A stretch of 64,000 nt of DNA from an uncultured Chthonomonas sp. (GTDB taxonomy: Bacteria > Armatimonadota > Chthonomonadetes > Chthonomonadales > CAJBBX01), in NCBI GenBank assembly GCA_903885605.1, contig CAISJD010000006.1, positions 3,625 through 67,624 of the forward strand. The letters are read 5' to 3'. Below the pieces are notes generated by a model. That model was given only the letters and a program-made list of their open reading frames with translations, was not told the origin of the DNA and made no database searches. Position numbers and translations under genes: made by a program. Below, one piece after another: positions 45,884-54,571 of this stretch; position 1 is the stretch's first letter; the number at the start of each line of letters is the position of its first letter.

Positions 45884-47290
45884 CTACACCTGGTCGTCGT
45901 AATCGCGATCGAGGTTCCTGAACTGGGCGAAACGCGGAAGGAAGCCGACCTTCACAACGCCCGTGGGACCGTTGCGGTGCTTGGCTATGATCAGCTCGGT
46001 CTCTTCCATCTCGTCGCCCGAGGCGCCGGAGTCCGCATTGGCGTCCGGCGGGCCGCCCGAGGCCCCCAGCTCTTTACGCTGGTAGTAGGCCTCGCGATAG
46101 ATGAAAATCACCACGTCGGCTTCAGCCTCGATGCTTCCCGACTCACGCAGGTCCGAGAGCATCGGGTGCTTGTCCTGCCGGCTCTCCACGGCGCGCGAGA
46201 GCTGGGAGAGAGCCACAACAGGCACCTGAAGCTCGCGGGCGAGGCTCTTCAGTCCGCGGGCGATATCGGTGATCTCCTGAACCCGGTTGTCGTTGTTGCG
46301 GTGCCCTCGCATGAGCTGCAGGTAGTCCACCAGCACCAGGCCCAGGCCGCGCTGCTCGGCCTTCAGGCGGCGGCATCGCGAACGCATCTCCAGGACGGAG
46401 CAGTCGGTAGAATCGTCGATGAAGATCGGCGCCGACGAGAGCACATTGCAGGTCTCACCGACACGCTGCCAGCCCGCCGTGTCGATGGACCCCGTCCGAA
46501 GGCGGTGCGCATCGACCTCGGCCTCGGAACAGAGCACACGGAGGCAGAGCTGCTCCTTGGCCATCTCCAGGCTGAAGATCGCCACCGGGAGGCCCGAGCG
46601 GATCGCGGCCTCCTGGGCCATGCCCAGTGCCAGCGAGGTCTTGCCCATAGACGGCCTGGCGGCGATGATGATCAGGTCCGAGGGCTGCAATCCGGCGGTC
46701 ATGTAGTTGAGCTTGTCGAACGGGGTCGCCACGCCGATGACGGGATCGGTGCTGTTGGAGCGGGCTTCGACCTGGTCGAAGACGGACCAGACCAGGTCTT
46801 TCATGGGCGTAAAGTAGCTGGTTGATCGCCTCTGGGCGACGGCGAACACCGCGCGCTCTGCCTGGTCCACCACGTCATCGATCGTATCGTACTCGCTGTG
46901 TGCCAGGCCGTTGACCTGGCTGGCGGCATCGATGAGGCGGCGGAGGAGGGCCTTCTCCTGCACAACGCGGGCGTAGTGCTCGACATTGGCGGCGGTGGGC
47001 ACCGCGTCGGTGAGCTCCACGAGGTAAGGCGCTCCGCCGATGCGCTCAAGGCTGTTGACGGATCGGAGTTGCTCCTGAAGCGTCAGGAGGTCGACAGGCT
47101 CATCGCGGCTGTAGAGGGATGTGATCGCCTCGTAGATGACGCGGTGGGCGTCGCGGTAGAAGTCGTCCGGCTGTACGGCATCGACGGCCTTCTCAATGGC
47201 GGGCCGCTCCACCAGCATGGAGCCGAGCAGAGCCTGCTCCATCTCAAGGCTTTGAGGTGGGATGCGGTCGTACAGGGGGCGATCTGCCAT
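45884..47290 (-). CDS. dnaB: Replicative DNA helicase
   Basis: PPQSLEMEQALLGSML N-domain, Walker A ARPSMGKTSLA, Walker B LVLVDYLQLM. No intein. Confidence 0.97.
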   Translation of the reverse strand: MADRPLYDRIPPQSLEMEQALLGSMLVERPAIEKAVDAVQPDDFYRDAHRVIYEAITSLYSRDEPVDLLTLQEQLRSVNSLERIGGAPYLVELTDAVPTAANVEHYARVVQEKALLRRLIDAASQVNGLAHSEYDTIDDVVDQAERAVFAVAQRRSTSYFTPMKDLVWSVFDQVEARSNSTDPVIGVATPFDKLNYMTAGLQPSDLIIIAARPSMGKTSLALGMAQEAAIRSGLPVAIFSLEMAKEQLCLRVLCSEAEVDAHRLRTGSIDTAGWQRVGETCNVLSSAPIFIDDSTDCSVLEMRSRCRRLKAEQRGLGLVLVDYLQLMRGHRNNDNRVQEITDIARGLKSLARELQVPVVALSQLSRAVESRQDKHPMLSDLRESGSIEAEADVVIFIYREAYYQRKELGASGGPPDANADSGASGDEMEETELIIAKHRNGPTGVVKVGFLPRFAQFRNLDRDYDDQV

Positions 47291-47313
47291 AGGTTGGGCC
47301 GTGGAACGCAGAA

Positions 47314-47344
47314 CCGGCGCCCCTCCACGTGGAAGGGGCGCCGG
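47314..47344 (-). terminator. Perfect 11-bp GC hairpin between rplI and dnaB
   Basis: ccggcgcccct (47314-47324), loop ccacgtgga, aggggcgccgg (47334-47344). On the minus strand it is followed by ttctgcgtt. Confidence 0.5.
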
Positions 47345-47353
47345 TGCGCTCTC

Positions 47354-47893
47354 CTACTCGGCTACGGCTGCTGCGGCGGCGGCGGCAGCGGCGGCAGCGG
47401 CCTCTGCCTGCGCCTTGGCCTCGGCGACCTTCCGGCGGGCAAGCTCCTCCTCGGTGACCACGTCCACCTTAATGGAGACGGTCACGTCGGAGTGCAGGCG
47501 CACGGGAACACTGTAGGCGCCCAGCGAGCGGATCGGATCGGCCAGGCCCACGCGGCGCTTGTCGACGGTGACGCCCAGGTCGGACTTCACGCGGTCGGTG
47601 ATGTCCTGCGCCGTGATGGAACCGTACAGCTTGGTTCCCGTTCCGGCCTTGGCGATGATCGTCAGGCTCTTGCCCTCCAGCTTGGAGGCGCCGGCCCTGG
47701 CGGCGTCGAGCTGCCGATCGTCGCGGGTCTTCTCGAGCGCCAGACGGGTCTGGAGCGCGCGGAGGGCGCCGCCGGCCGCGGCCACGGCATACTGGCGGGG
47801 GAAGAGGTAGTTGCGCGCATAGCCGTCGGCCACGTTCACGATCTCGCCGTTCTTGCCCACCTTCGGGATATCCCGCTGCAAGATGATCTTCAT
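47354..47893 (-). CDS. rplI: 50S ribosomal protein L9 with an Ala/Glu-rich C-terminal tail
   Basis: AAGGGAG SD. MKIILQRDIPKVGKNGEIVNVADGYARNYLFP. 179 aa, ending ...AEAKAQAEAAAAAAAAAAAAVAE. Confidence 0.93.
   Translation of the reverse strand: MKIILQRDIPKVGKNGEIVNVADGYARNYLFPRQYAVAAAGGALRALQTRLALEKTRDDRQLDAARAGASKLEGKSLTIIAKAGTGTKLYGSITAQDITDRVKSDLGVTVDKRRVGLADPIRSLGAYSVPVRLHSDVTVSIKVDVVTEEELARRKVAEAKAQAEAAAAAAAAAAAAVAE
47366..47401 (-). repeat. GCN trinucleotide run encoding Ala12
   Basis: Twelve consecutive Ala codons (gcc/gct/gca) just before the rplI stop. Confidence 0.9.
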
Positions 47894-47906
47894 CCAGTTA
47901 GCTCCC

Positions 47907-49355
47907 TTATCGTCGCAGCCGAACCCCAACCAGGGGGGTGGTGCGCTTGAATATGTTGTCTGCGCCCAGCCACAGCGAGAAATCCTCGTTCATGCGCACG
48001 AGCGCTCGAGCATCCACCTGTAGCCTGTTCGGGTCAAAAGCATCAAGTGACAGCGTCGTCCGTTGGCCCAACTTGATATCGGCGCCGTTCCCGAGCTTGC
48101 CTGCGTAGAGCCCGTAGCGCAATGCTCCGAAGCCCTGCACCGTCGTCTCGTATTGCGCGGTCAGCCGGTTCTTCTCGGCAAAGTCATAGAAGCCCAGATG
48201 GAGGGCATTCTGCTTCCCCAGCGGAAAGCGAACCCCCACATCGGACCGAAAGTGCGGCGGGTCTCCCCGAGACGCGAAATCAATCGACAGCGACGGCTCG
48301 CCGATCCCAAACTTCGGCCCGCCCGTGGGCAGGTTAAGCCTGGAAACCATCCTCGCCACATCGTCGGCCAGCTTCTGGCCCGTGGCGCTGGCCTGCTCCA
48401 GGTTCGACAGCGTGCTGCGCAGGTCGGACTGCACCGCGGGATCACCCGACATCTGGTGGATATCGCTGGCGATCTGATGGAACCGCGCCAGCGTCGTCCG
48501 AGCCAGCTCAACCGTCTCCTGCAAGGACTGCTGCAATCGCGGGTCGCCCAACTGGTCAGCCAACCGCGTCACCACGTTCTTGGCGGCGTCCATGGTCTCG
48601 GTCAGCTTCTGCAGCAGATCGAACGCCTCACTCATCAGGTCATCGACCCGGCCGCCGTTCCGCTTGGCCATGGCCGTCAACTCGGTACCCAGCGTCGAGG
48701 TCGCGCTACGCGCCGAATGGGTGATCGCCTCCATGTCCTGCAAGACGGAGTTAAGGGTCTTGTCGATCCTCCGGTTGTCCGCAAGCTGCGCCGCCCGAGC
48801 GGACACGCGCTCGAAGTTGCGCATGGTCCCGGCGGCGGGAGAGAGTATACCATCTACTCGGTCCATGGTCTGGTTCAAGCGTGGCATCAGCCCCTTCACG
48901 GACTCCATGGAGTCGGCCATCGCCTTCATCCCGCGGTCCAGATCCGGGGAGAGCTGGGCCAGGACGGAGCCGGTCTCGTCGCCCTTGCAGACGGCATCGG
49001 GCTTCAGCATCACCTTGGAGCGGCCCGGCACGATCTCGATCACAGGGTTGGCGACCAGCAGGCCGGAGGATATCCGGATGAGCGAATCCTCGGGAATGCC
49101 GCGGCGGCCCTGAATGCGCAGGTCGATAACAGGCTGCAACGTATCGGCCTTCAGGTCCACATCGGCAACACTTCCTACAACCACGCCGCTCATGCGCGCC
49201 GGGGTGCCCGAGTAGATGCCCTGCGCGTTCGTGAAGACGACGTGGACCGTGTAGGTGCCGAGTTCCATGCGCGACAGGTAGGCCCAGGAACCCACCAGCG
49301 CGACGGCCGCCATGATAATGACCACGCCAACCTTGGCTGCACTGCTCGATCGCAT
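47907..49355 (-). CDS. mlaD: Long MlaD-type MCE-domain protein: N-terminal TM anchor, MCE domain, helical stalk of about 200 aa, and a C-terminal beta-strand-rich (barrel-like) domain of about 130 aa
   Basis: ATG 49355 follows GGGTGG. The alternative GTG 49394 overlaps the mlaF stop (GTGA). Anchor KVGVVIIMAAVALVGSWAYL. The MCE core lies at about aa 45-130 of the full ORF. The C-terminus has alternating hydrophobic strands. Confidence 0.75.
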   Translation of the reverse strand: MRSSSAAKVGVVIIMAAVALVGSWAYLSRMELGTYTVHVVFTNAQGIYSGTPARMSGVVVGSVADVDLKADTLQPVIDLRIQGRRGIPEDSLIRISSGLLVANPVIEIVPGRSKVMLKPDAVCKGDETGSVLAQLSPDLDRGMKAMADSMESVKGLMPRLNQTMDRVDGILSPAAGTMRNFERVSARAAQLADNRRIDKTLNSVLQDMEAITHSARSATSTLGTELTAMAKRNGGRVDDLMSEAFDLLQKLTETMDAAKNVVTRLADQLGDPRLQQSLQETVELARTTLARFHQIASDIHQMSGDPAVQSDLRSTLSNLEQASATGQKLADDVARMVSRLNLPTGGPKFGIGEPSLSIDFASRGDPPHFRSDVGVRFPLGKQNALHLGFYDFAEKNRLTAQYETTVQGFGALRYGLYAGKLGNGADIKLGQRTTLSLDAFDPNRLQVDARALVRMNEDFSLWLGADNIFKRTTPLVGVRLRR

Positions 49356-49390
49356 CGCCCTACCACCCCATCCAGCCGGTTTGTACCGGC

Positions 49391-50116
49391 TCACGCATCG
49401 ACAAACGCGCGGACACGGCTGTCCGATGAACGCCGGAGCTCGGCCGGAGTTCCGGTCTCGATGATGGCGCCGTTGTCGATCATCGCGACACGGTCCGCTA
49501 TACGGAAAATCGACGGGATATCGTGCGATACCACCACCGACGTCACGCCGCGCCGGTCACGCGTCTCGACGATCAGGTCGTCGATCGTCCTGGCGATCAC
49601 CGGGTCGAGACCGCTGGTCGGCTCATCGTACAGCAGCAGCCCCGGCTCATTGGCAAGCGCTCGGGCTAAGCCTACCCGCTTCCGCATGCCGCCGGACAGC
49701 TCGGCGGGCAGCATGCGCTCGGTCCCCGGCATACCAACGTCCGCCAGCAACGAGCCAACCAACTCCGCCACGGCCTCCGGCGTCTTCGTTCGGTGTTGCA
49801 GCGGTCCGAAGCCCACGTTCTCCTGCACCGTCAGCGAATCGAACAGCGCGGCGTACTGAAAGACCAGCCCGATGCGAAGCCTGACGCGGTCCAACTGCGC
49901 CTCGGACATGGGCACGATGTCCTCGCCGTCCACCGTGATGCTCCCGCGCGACGGCTTGATCAGCCCGGCGATGCACTTCAGCAACGTGGTCTTGCCGCTA
50001 CCCGACATCCCCATCACGGCGAGGATCTCGCCCTGCCGCACCTCGAGGTCGACCCCCTTCAGGATCAGCCTATCCGAGACGGCGTAGCTGACGCCCGTAA
50101 CATGCAGCTCGCTCAT
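49391..50116 (-). CDS. mlaF: ABC transporter ATP-binding protein, MlaF type
   Basis: Walker A GMSGSGKTT, signature LSGGMRKR, Walker B LLLYDEPTSGLD. 4-nt overlap with mlaE. Confidence 0.9.
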   Translation of the reverse strand: MSELHVTGVSYAVSDRLILKGVDLEVRQGEILAVMGMSGSGKTTLLKCIAGLIKPSRGSITVDGEDIVPMSEAQLDRVRLRIGLVFQYAALFDSLTVQENVGFGPLQHRTKTPEAVAELVGSLLADVGMPGTERMLPAELSGGMRKRVGLARALANEPGLLLYDEPTSGLDPVIARTIDDLIVETRDRRGVTSVVVSHDIPSIFRIADRVAMIDNGAIIETGTPAELRRSSDSRVRAFVDA

Positions 50117-50934
50117 CGCATGGAGGCCGAGGCGCCGGACAGCGCCTGCGCCAGGAAGAAGTCAGACACGAAGATAAAGACGACGCAGAGCACCACCGAC
50201 CGCGTCGTCGCGGCTCCGACGCCGGTGGCGCCTCGCTGCGTGTTGAGGCCCTGGTGGCACGCGACCACGGCGATGGTGAGGCCGAACCAGAGCGTCTTGG
50301 CCAGGCCTTTCATGAGGTCCGCGTGCGTCGCCATGGTGCGGATCGACTCCATGAAGGCGCTCTGGGTCACGCCGTGGGTCGAGGCCATCACGAGCCCGCC
50401 GAAGATGCCGGCCATATCGGCGAAGAGGCCGCAGATCGGCATCATGAGGATGCAGGCCAGCACGCGGGGCGTCACAAGATAGCGCACGGGCGGCACCGAC
50501 ATCATGCGAAGGGCGTCGATCTGCTCCGTCACCACCATGGAGCCGATCTCTGCGGCCACGGCGGCGCCGCTACGGGCAGCCACCATCACCCCGGCGAGGA
50601 CAGGTCCCAGCTCGAGCAGGAATGAGAGGGCGATCATGCCGCCCACGAAACCGGAGCCGCCGAACCGGACGAGCACGTCGGCAACATAGAAGGCCAGCAC
50701 CGAGCCCGTGGCGGCGCAGGTGAGCATGATGATAGGGATCGAGTCGACGCCCATGGCGGCCATCTGACGGATGGTCTCGCGCAGGCTGAACTTGCCGCGC
50801 ACGGCCAGCCAGGCCGCCTGTCCCGCGAGGATCGACGTCTCACCGACGAAGGTGGCGGCGACCATCAACCAACCGGGCCCCGCTGGAGCCCGGCGGCCAG
50901 CCGCTCCCTGTCCTCCTGCGTCGTTGGATGCCAT
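50113..50934 (-). CDS. mlaE: MlaE-family ABC transporter permease
   Basis: 273 aa with 5-6 TM segments. Conserved TEQIDALRMMS motif of the MlaE/YrbE family. Confidence 0.9.
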   Translation of the reverse strand: MASNDAGGQGAAGRRAPAGPGWLMVAATFVGETSILAGQAAWLAVRGKFSLRETIRQMAAMGVDSIPIIMLTCAATGSVLAFYVADVLVRFGGSGFVGGMIALSFLLELGPVLAGVMVAARSGAAVAAEIGSMVVTEQIDALRMMSVPPVRYLVTPRVLACILMMPICGLFADMAGIFGGLVMASTHGVTQSAFMESIRTMATHADLMKGLAKTLWFGLTIAVVACHQGLNTQRGATGVGAATTRSVVLCVVFIFVSDFFLAQALSGASASMR

Positions 50935-50955
50935 GGGCGACCGGGGCTCCGGGCG

Positions 50956-51552
50956 TCAGCGCCCGTCCGACGGCGCTGAGCGGACCATATCGGCGAAAAG
51001 GCGGTGCATTCGGACGTCGTTGGTCAGTTCGGGATGGAACGCGCTGGCCATGAGGACGCCCTGCCGCACCGCCACGATGCGATCCTCGTAACGGGCCAAG
51101 ACCTCCACGCCCGGGCCTGCCTCGACCACATAGGGCGCACGGATGAAGACGCCGCGCACAGGCTCGTCACCCAGCACGGAAACGGGGACGGCAGCCTCAA
51201 AGCTGTCGATCTGCCGGCCGAAGGCGTTCCTGGCGACCAGCATATCCAGAAGGCCCAGGCGGTGCTGGTCGCTCCCCTCGATCCGCTGCGCCATGAGGAT
51301 GAGCCCGGCGCAGGTGCCGTAGACGGGCATGCCGGCTAGGGCGCGCTGCTGGATCGGCTCGATGAGGCCGGCGCGATCCAGCAGCTTCCCGATGGTGGTG
51401 CTCTCGCCGCCCGGAATGATGAGCCCCTGCGCCTCGCCCAGTTCGACGGCGTCGCGAACGAGGCAGGCCTCGACGCCCGGCAGCTGCCGCAACATGGCGC
51501 CATGGGCCAGGTAGTCGCCTTGCAGGCTCAGCACTCCGATCCGGACCGGCAT
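50956..51552 (-). CDS. pdxT: Pyridoxal 5'-phosphate synthase glutaminase subunit
   Basis: IGVLSLQGD, PGGESTT, GTCAGLILM and AFHPELT motifs. Confidence 0.93.
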   Translation of the reverse strand: MPVRIGVLSLQGDYLAHGAMLRQLPGVEACLVRDAVELGEAQGLIIPGGESTTIGKLLDRAGLIEPIQQRALAGMPVYGTCAGLILMAQRIEGSDQHRLGLLDMLVARNAFGRQIDSFEAAVPVSVLGDEPVRGVFIRAPYVVEAGPGVEVLARYEDRIVAVRQGVLMASAFHPELTNDVRMHRLFADMVRSAPSDGR

Positions 51553-51554
51553 GG

Positions 51555-52709
51555 CTAGCGCTTCCCCGCCTTGTCCTGGACGAAACAGAAGACGCCCTTC
51601 TTGTTCGACGTCACGATATCCAGCAGACCGTCGCCATTCAGGTCCGTTACCGTGAACTGCGTGCCGACGCCGGAGTCTCGGTCGACCTCGTGACGCTCCC
51701 AGGCCACCCGGCCATTGGTGCGACGTAGCTTGTACCAGTAGATGACGGCCGCGCCGTTGGCGTCAGGATCGCCGTTGGGTCCGTGCGCCCAGAATCGCTT
51801 GCCGGTGATCAACTCGGGTGCGCCGTCCCGGTCCAGGTCGGCCATCTCCACGGCGTGGGCCTCGGTGAAGCTCTCATCGATGGTGTGGCGCTCGAACTGC
51901 GGCAGCCCGTCGCCGGGCTTGCGCTCGTGCCACCAGACGCCCTTATCGTGGGCGCTACTGCTGATGATATCCGGCAGCCGGTCGCCGTTCACGTCCATGA
52001 CGTACATGGTCGCGCAGTCTGGGCCGAGGGAGGCCGGCACGAAGGTCCAGGGCCCCTGGCGCGGGTTCTCAGGAGCCTGGTACCAGCCGCCCGATGTCAG
52101 GATATCCGGACGGCCGTCACCGTTGGCGTCGCCGATGCCCAGACCGTGAGAGAAGCGCTGGCAGCCGGGCTGGCCCTTCTCGGAGACTGTGTGCGCCGTC
52201 CACTCGGGACCGTCGGCAGGCTCGTACCAGGCCATGAAGGCCTCGTCGTATGGGAACACGAGCACAGGAGACTTGCCAGGCAGGAGGCGCCCATAGATCG
52301 GGCTCTCGTTGCAGGCGCTTCGCCAGATGGTGTGCTCAACCCAGGGGCCGCTCCCCTTGCCTGGGTTCTCACGCCAGACGGCCTTCTCGGCGGGCATGCC
52401 GATGAGGATTTGGTCCGGGTACCCGTCGCGGTTCACGTCCTGCGAGAAGTTGATGAAGCTGTTGCTGTATCCGGTGGCCCCGTCGAACTTGCCGGGCGGC
52501 GCGATCTCGTGCGGCGTCCACGACGGCGCCTCGTACCACAGGTTGCCCGCCAGGATGTCCTTCTTGCCGTCGCGGTTCACGTCCGCCACGGCCACCCCCT
52601 CGGACCGGAAGGCGGTGTCAAGCACCGTCTTGGTGAACGTGGGCGCCTTGGGCGCTACAGGCGCCCCAACGCCCAGAAGGCAGAGGCAGAGGAGTGCGGC
52701 TGGGCTCAT
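51555..52709 (-). CDS. Secreted FG-GAP/VCBS-repeat beta-propeller protein
   Basis: Signal MSPAALLCLCLLGVGAPVAP. Six D-x-N/D-x-D-G-x-x-D Ca-loop repeats (DVNRDGKKDIL, DANGDGRPDIL, DLNGDGLLDIV and others). ATGA overlap with the lptD stop. Confidence 0.7.
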   Translation of the reverse strand: MSPAALLCLCLLGVGAPVAPKAPTFTKTVLDTAFRSEGVAVADVNRDGKKDILAGNLWYEAPSWTPHEIAPPGKFDGATGYSNSFINFSQDVNRDGYPDQILIGMPAEKAVWRENPGKGSGPWVEHTIWRSACNESPIYGRLLPGKSPVLVFPYDEAFMAWYEPADGPEWTAHTVSEKGQPGCQRFSHGLGIGDANGDGRPDILTSGGWYQAPENPRQGPWTFVPASLGPDCATMYVMDVNGDRLPDIISSSAHDKGVWWHERKPGDGLPQFERHTIDESFTEAHAVEMADLDRDGAPELITGKRFWAHGPNGDPDANGAAVIYWYKLRRTNGRVAWERHEVDRDSGVGTQFTVTDLNGDGLLDIVTSNKKGVFCFVQDKAGKR

Positions 52710-54415
52710 GGCTTGCTCCGTTTCGAAGGGGCTCCTGCGGCCGGGCCGGCGGCCCTGGAACCGGGTTCGTCCTTGTGGTCGATCTTGATGGGCGTCAGGT
52801 TCAGCACCACGCCCAGCGATTGCCCACGCGTCTCGTAGCGCAGGCCCACCTCCGCGCAGTCCATCACGCGGCGGATGCTGACGGCCGTATCGTAGGCCTT
52901 GTTCCGCTCCATGTCATACTTCACGGTGAGGTCGGCGGCGAACCCGCTCTGGCTGTACGCGGTGCGGAGGCGCAGTTCATGGCGAACGTCGCACCGATCA
53001 AAGAGGAACGGCGTCTCGCCGAAGGGCTGCGCCCAGCGGTACGCTGCGCCCAGCAAGGTGCGCGGACCCGCCATCCAGTTCGCCTCCAGTTCCGGCGCGA
53101 GGACCGAGTAGGCCTTCCCCTCGGAGTAGATGCTTCCGACCATGGCTCCGCCGGCGCGCAGGTAGACCCGGTTCGACAGGAGCAGGCTCGGACCAACGAG
53201 GGAGGCTCGCATGGAGGCGCGGTTCGAGATGACATGCGACGGCACTTCCGCATAGCGCCCGGCCGACGCCTGCGCCGAGAACCACCAGTAGCGCGGGCTG
53301 ATCTGCAGCGGGCCGAACCGGGGTCCAGTGGCGTCGTCGGAGGCTCGGGCGATATCGGGCCGCACCTCCTTGGCGGGCGTGACTACCCACTCCGCGCACA
53401 CCTCAGGCAGGCGGTCAACGCGGATGTCGGTTCGGTCGCGCTTCGAAATGACTGACCCTGCGGTGAGCGAGGCGCCAAGCGTGAGGCCCTGCTCCGCCGT
53501 ATCCTCGGCGAAGCCGGTTCGGATCAGCGCGGGCCGGAGTTCCAGCGGGGACGCCAAGGACCGCGTGAAGCCTGAAGCCACCGTGAGCGGCGGCTCGCCG
53601 TCGCCGGGCAACGCGCCGAGCCGATGTCGGAACTCCAGCCCGCCCTGCAACGCCCTGCGCGCCGCGACGCTCGTGTCGAGCGACAACGCCTGCCGCGGGC
53701 TCAGGAGCAGTTGATTGCGTATGTGCAGCGCCGGGCCGGTCTCGGTGCTGTAGCCGGGAAGCGGCCAGGGGTTCTGGGCCATGCGGCGGAACGTCTTCAC
53801 AAAGTAGGGCACCGCCATCACGGGTGTGCCGCCCAGCCAGAACGTGACCCCGTGGGCCTCTACGCGGCCGTTTGCCGAGACGCTGATGTCACGCGCGGTG
53901 AGGCGGTAGTCGGGCTTCCCGTGGGCACACGTGGTGAAGGCGGCGCCCCTGGCCCGCATCACCTGCTCGGGCAGGATCTCGATCGTCTTGCCCTCAAGCC
54001 GGACCGACGAGACCTCGGCCACCGCATCATAGAGCCGACCGGTGCCCTTGGCGGAGTCGTACGTCATCGCCTTGCCAGTGATGGAACCCTCGGGGCGCAG
54101 GAGCTTCAGGCGGCCGGTGATGGTGATCACGCCGGTGGGGCTACCCTCGGCGTCGTCGGCCTCGATGATCACCTTCTCGCCGGAGACAGGGTCCACCAGC
54201 TCCAATTGGACAGGCGTGCTGGTCTTGAACCAGTTGTCCTCGGGGCGCCACTCAAGGCTCTTGAACTTCGTGATGGTGACGTTGCCCACGCGCGGCGGGG
54301 CTTGCTGGGCATCGACGCCGCACAGGGTGGCGGCAAGCAATGCCAAAGATGCCGCGATACCATTGGGTAGCCGATATCTCAATCCAGGCAGCCCCTTTCG
54401 CAGAACCGCGCACAT
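52706..54415 (-). CDS. lptD: LptD/OstA-family LPS-assembly outer-membrane protein
   Basis: Start at ATG 54415 with a signal-like MCAVLRKGLPGLRYRLPNGIAASLALLAATLCGVDA. OstA-like N-domain. FTTC..GKPDYRLTARDISV motif. Long beta-rich C-terminal region. Confidence 0.7.
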   Translation of the reverse strand: MCAVLRKGLPGLRYRLPNGIAASLALLAATLCGVDAQQAPPRVGNVTITKFKSLEWRPEDNWFKTSTPVQLELVDPVSGEKVIIEADDAEGSPTGVITITGRLKLLRPEGSITGKAMTYDSAKGTGRLYDAVAEVSSVRLEGKTIEILPEQVMRARGAAFTTCAHGKPDYRLTARDISVSANGRVEAHGVTFWLGGTPVMAVPYFVKTFRRMAQNPWPLPGYSTETGPALHIRNQLLLSPRQALSLDTSVAARRALQGGLEFRHRLGALPGDGEPPLTVASGFTRSLASPLELRPALIRTGFAEDTAEQGLTLGASLTAGSVISKRDRTDIRVDRLPEVCAEWVVTPAKEVRPDIARASDDATGPRFGPLQISPRYWWFSAQASAGRYAEVPSHVISNRASMRASLVGPSLLLSNRVYLRAGGAMVGSIYSEGKAYSVLAPELEANWMAGPRTLLGAAYRWAQPFGETPFLFDRCDVRHELRLRTAYSQSGFAADLTVKYDMERNKAYDTAVSIRRVMDCAEVGLRYETRGQSLGVVLNLTPIKIDHKDEPGSRAAGPAAGAPSKRSKP

Positions 54416-54490
54416 CGAGTTGCGCGCCACGGCCGGATAGTACCCGATGCGCTGCAGCCACGCACGGGGCCGTCCGTGCGGAGCGCCCGA

Positions 54491-54499
54491 TGCTATACT
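54491..54499 (+). promoter_or_regulatory. Extended -10 box TGCTATACT upstream of gatC
   Basis: tgctatact at 54491-54499, about 70-80 nt before the gatC start. Confidence 0.45.
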
Positions 54500-54571
54500 G
54501 CAGACTGGAAGCGCCGTCGGGGCCGACCGCTTTTCGACGCCCCGCCCCGACGCCATGGAGGGCCCGACGCT

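Noticed and set aside
47357-47420. GCC/GCG/GCA-rich repeat considered as a microsatellite, a CRISPR-like element or a non-coding repeat.
   Set aside because: It is in frame within rplI and encodes Ala12 plus an Ala/Glu tail. There is no spacer-repeat periodicity. It is reported as a coding low-complexity tail instead.
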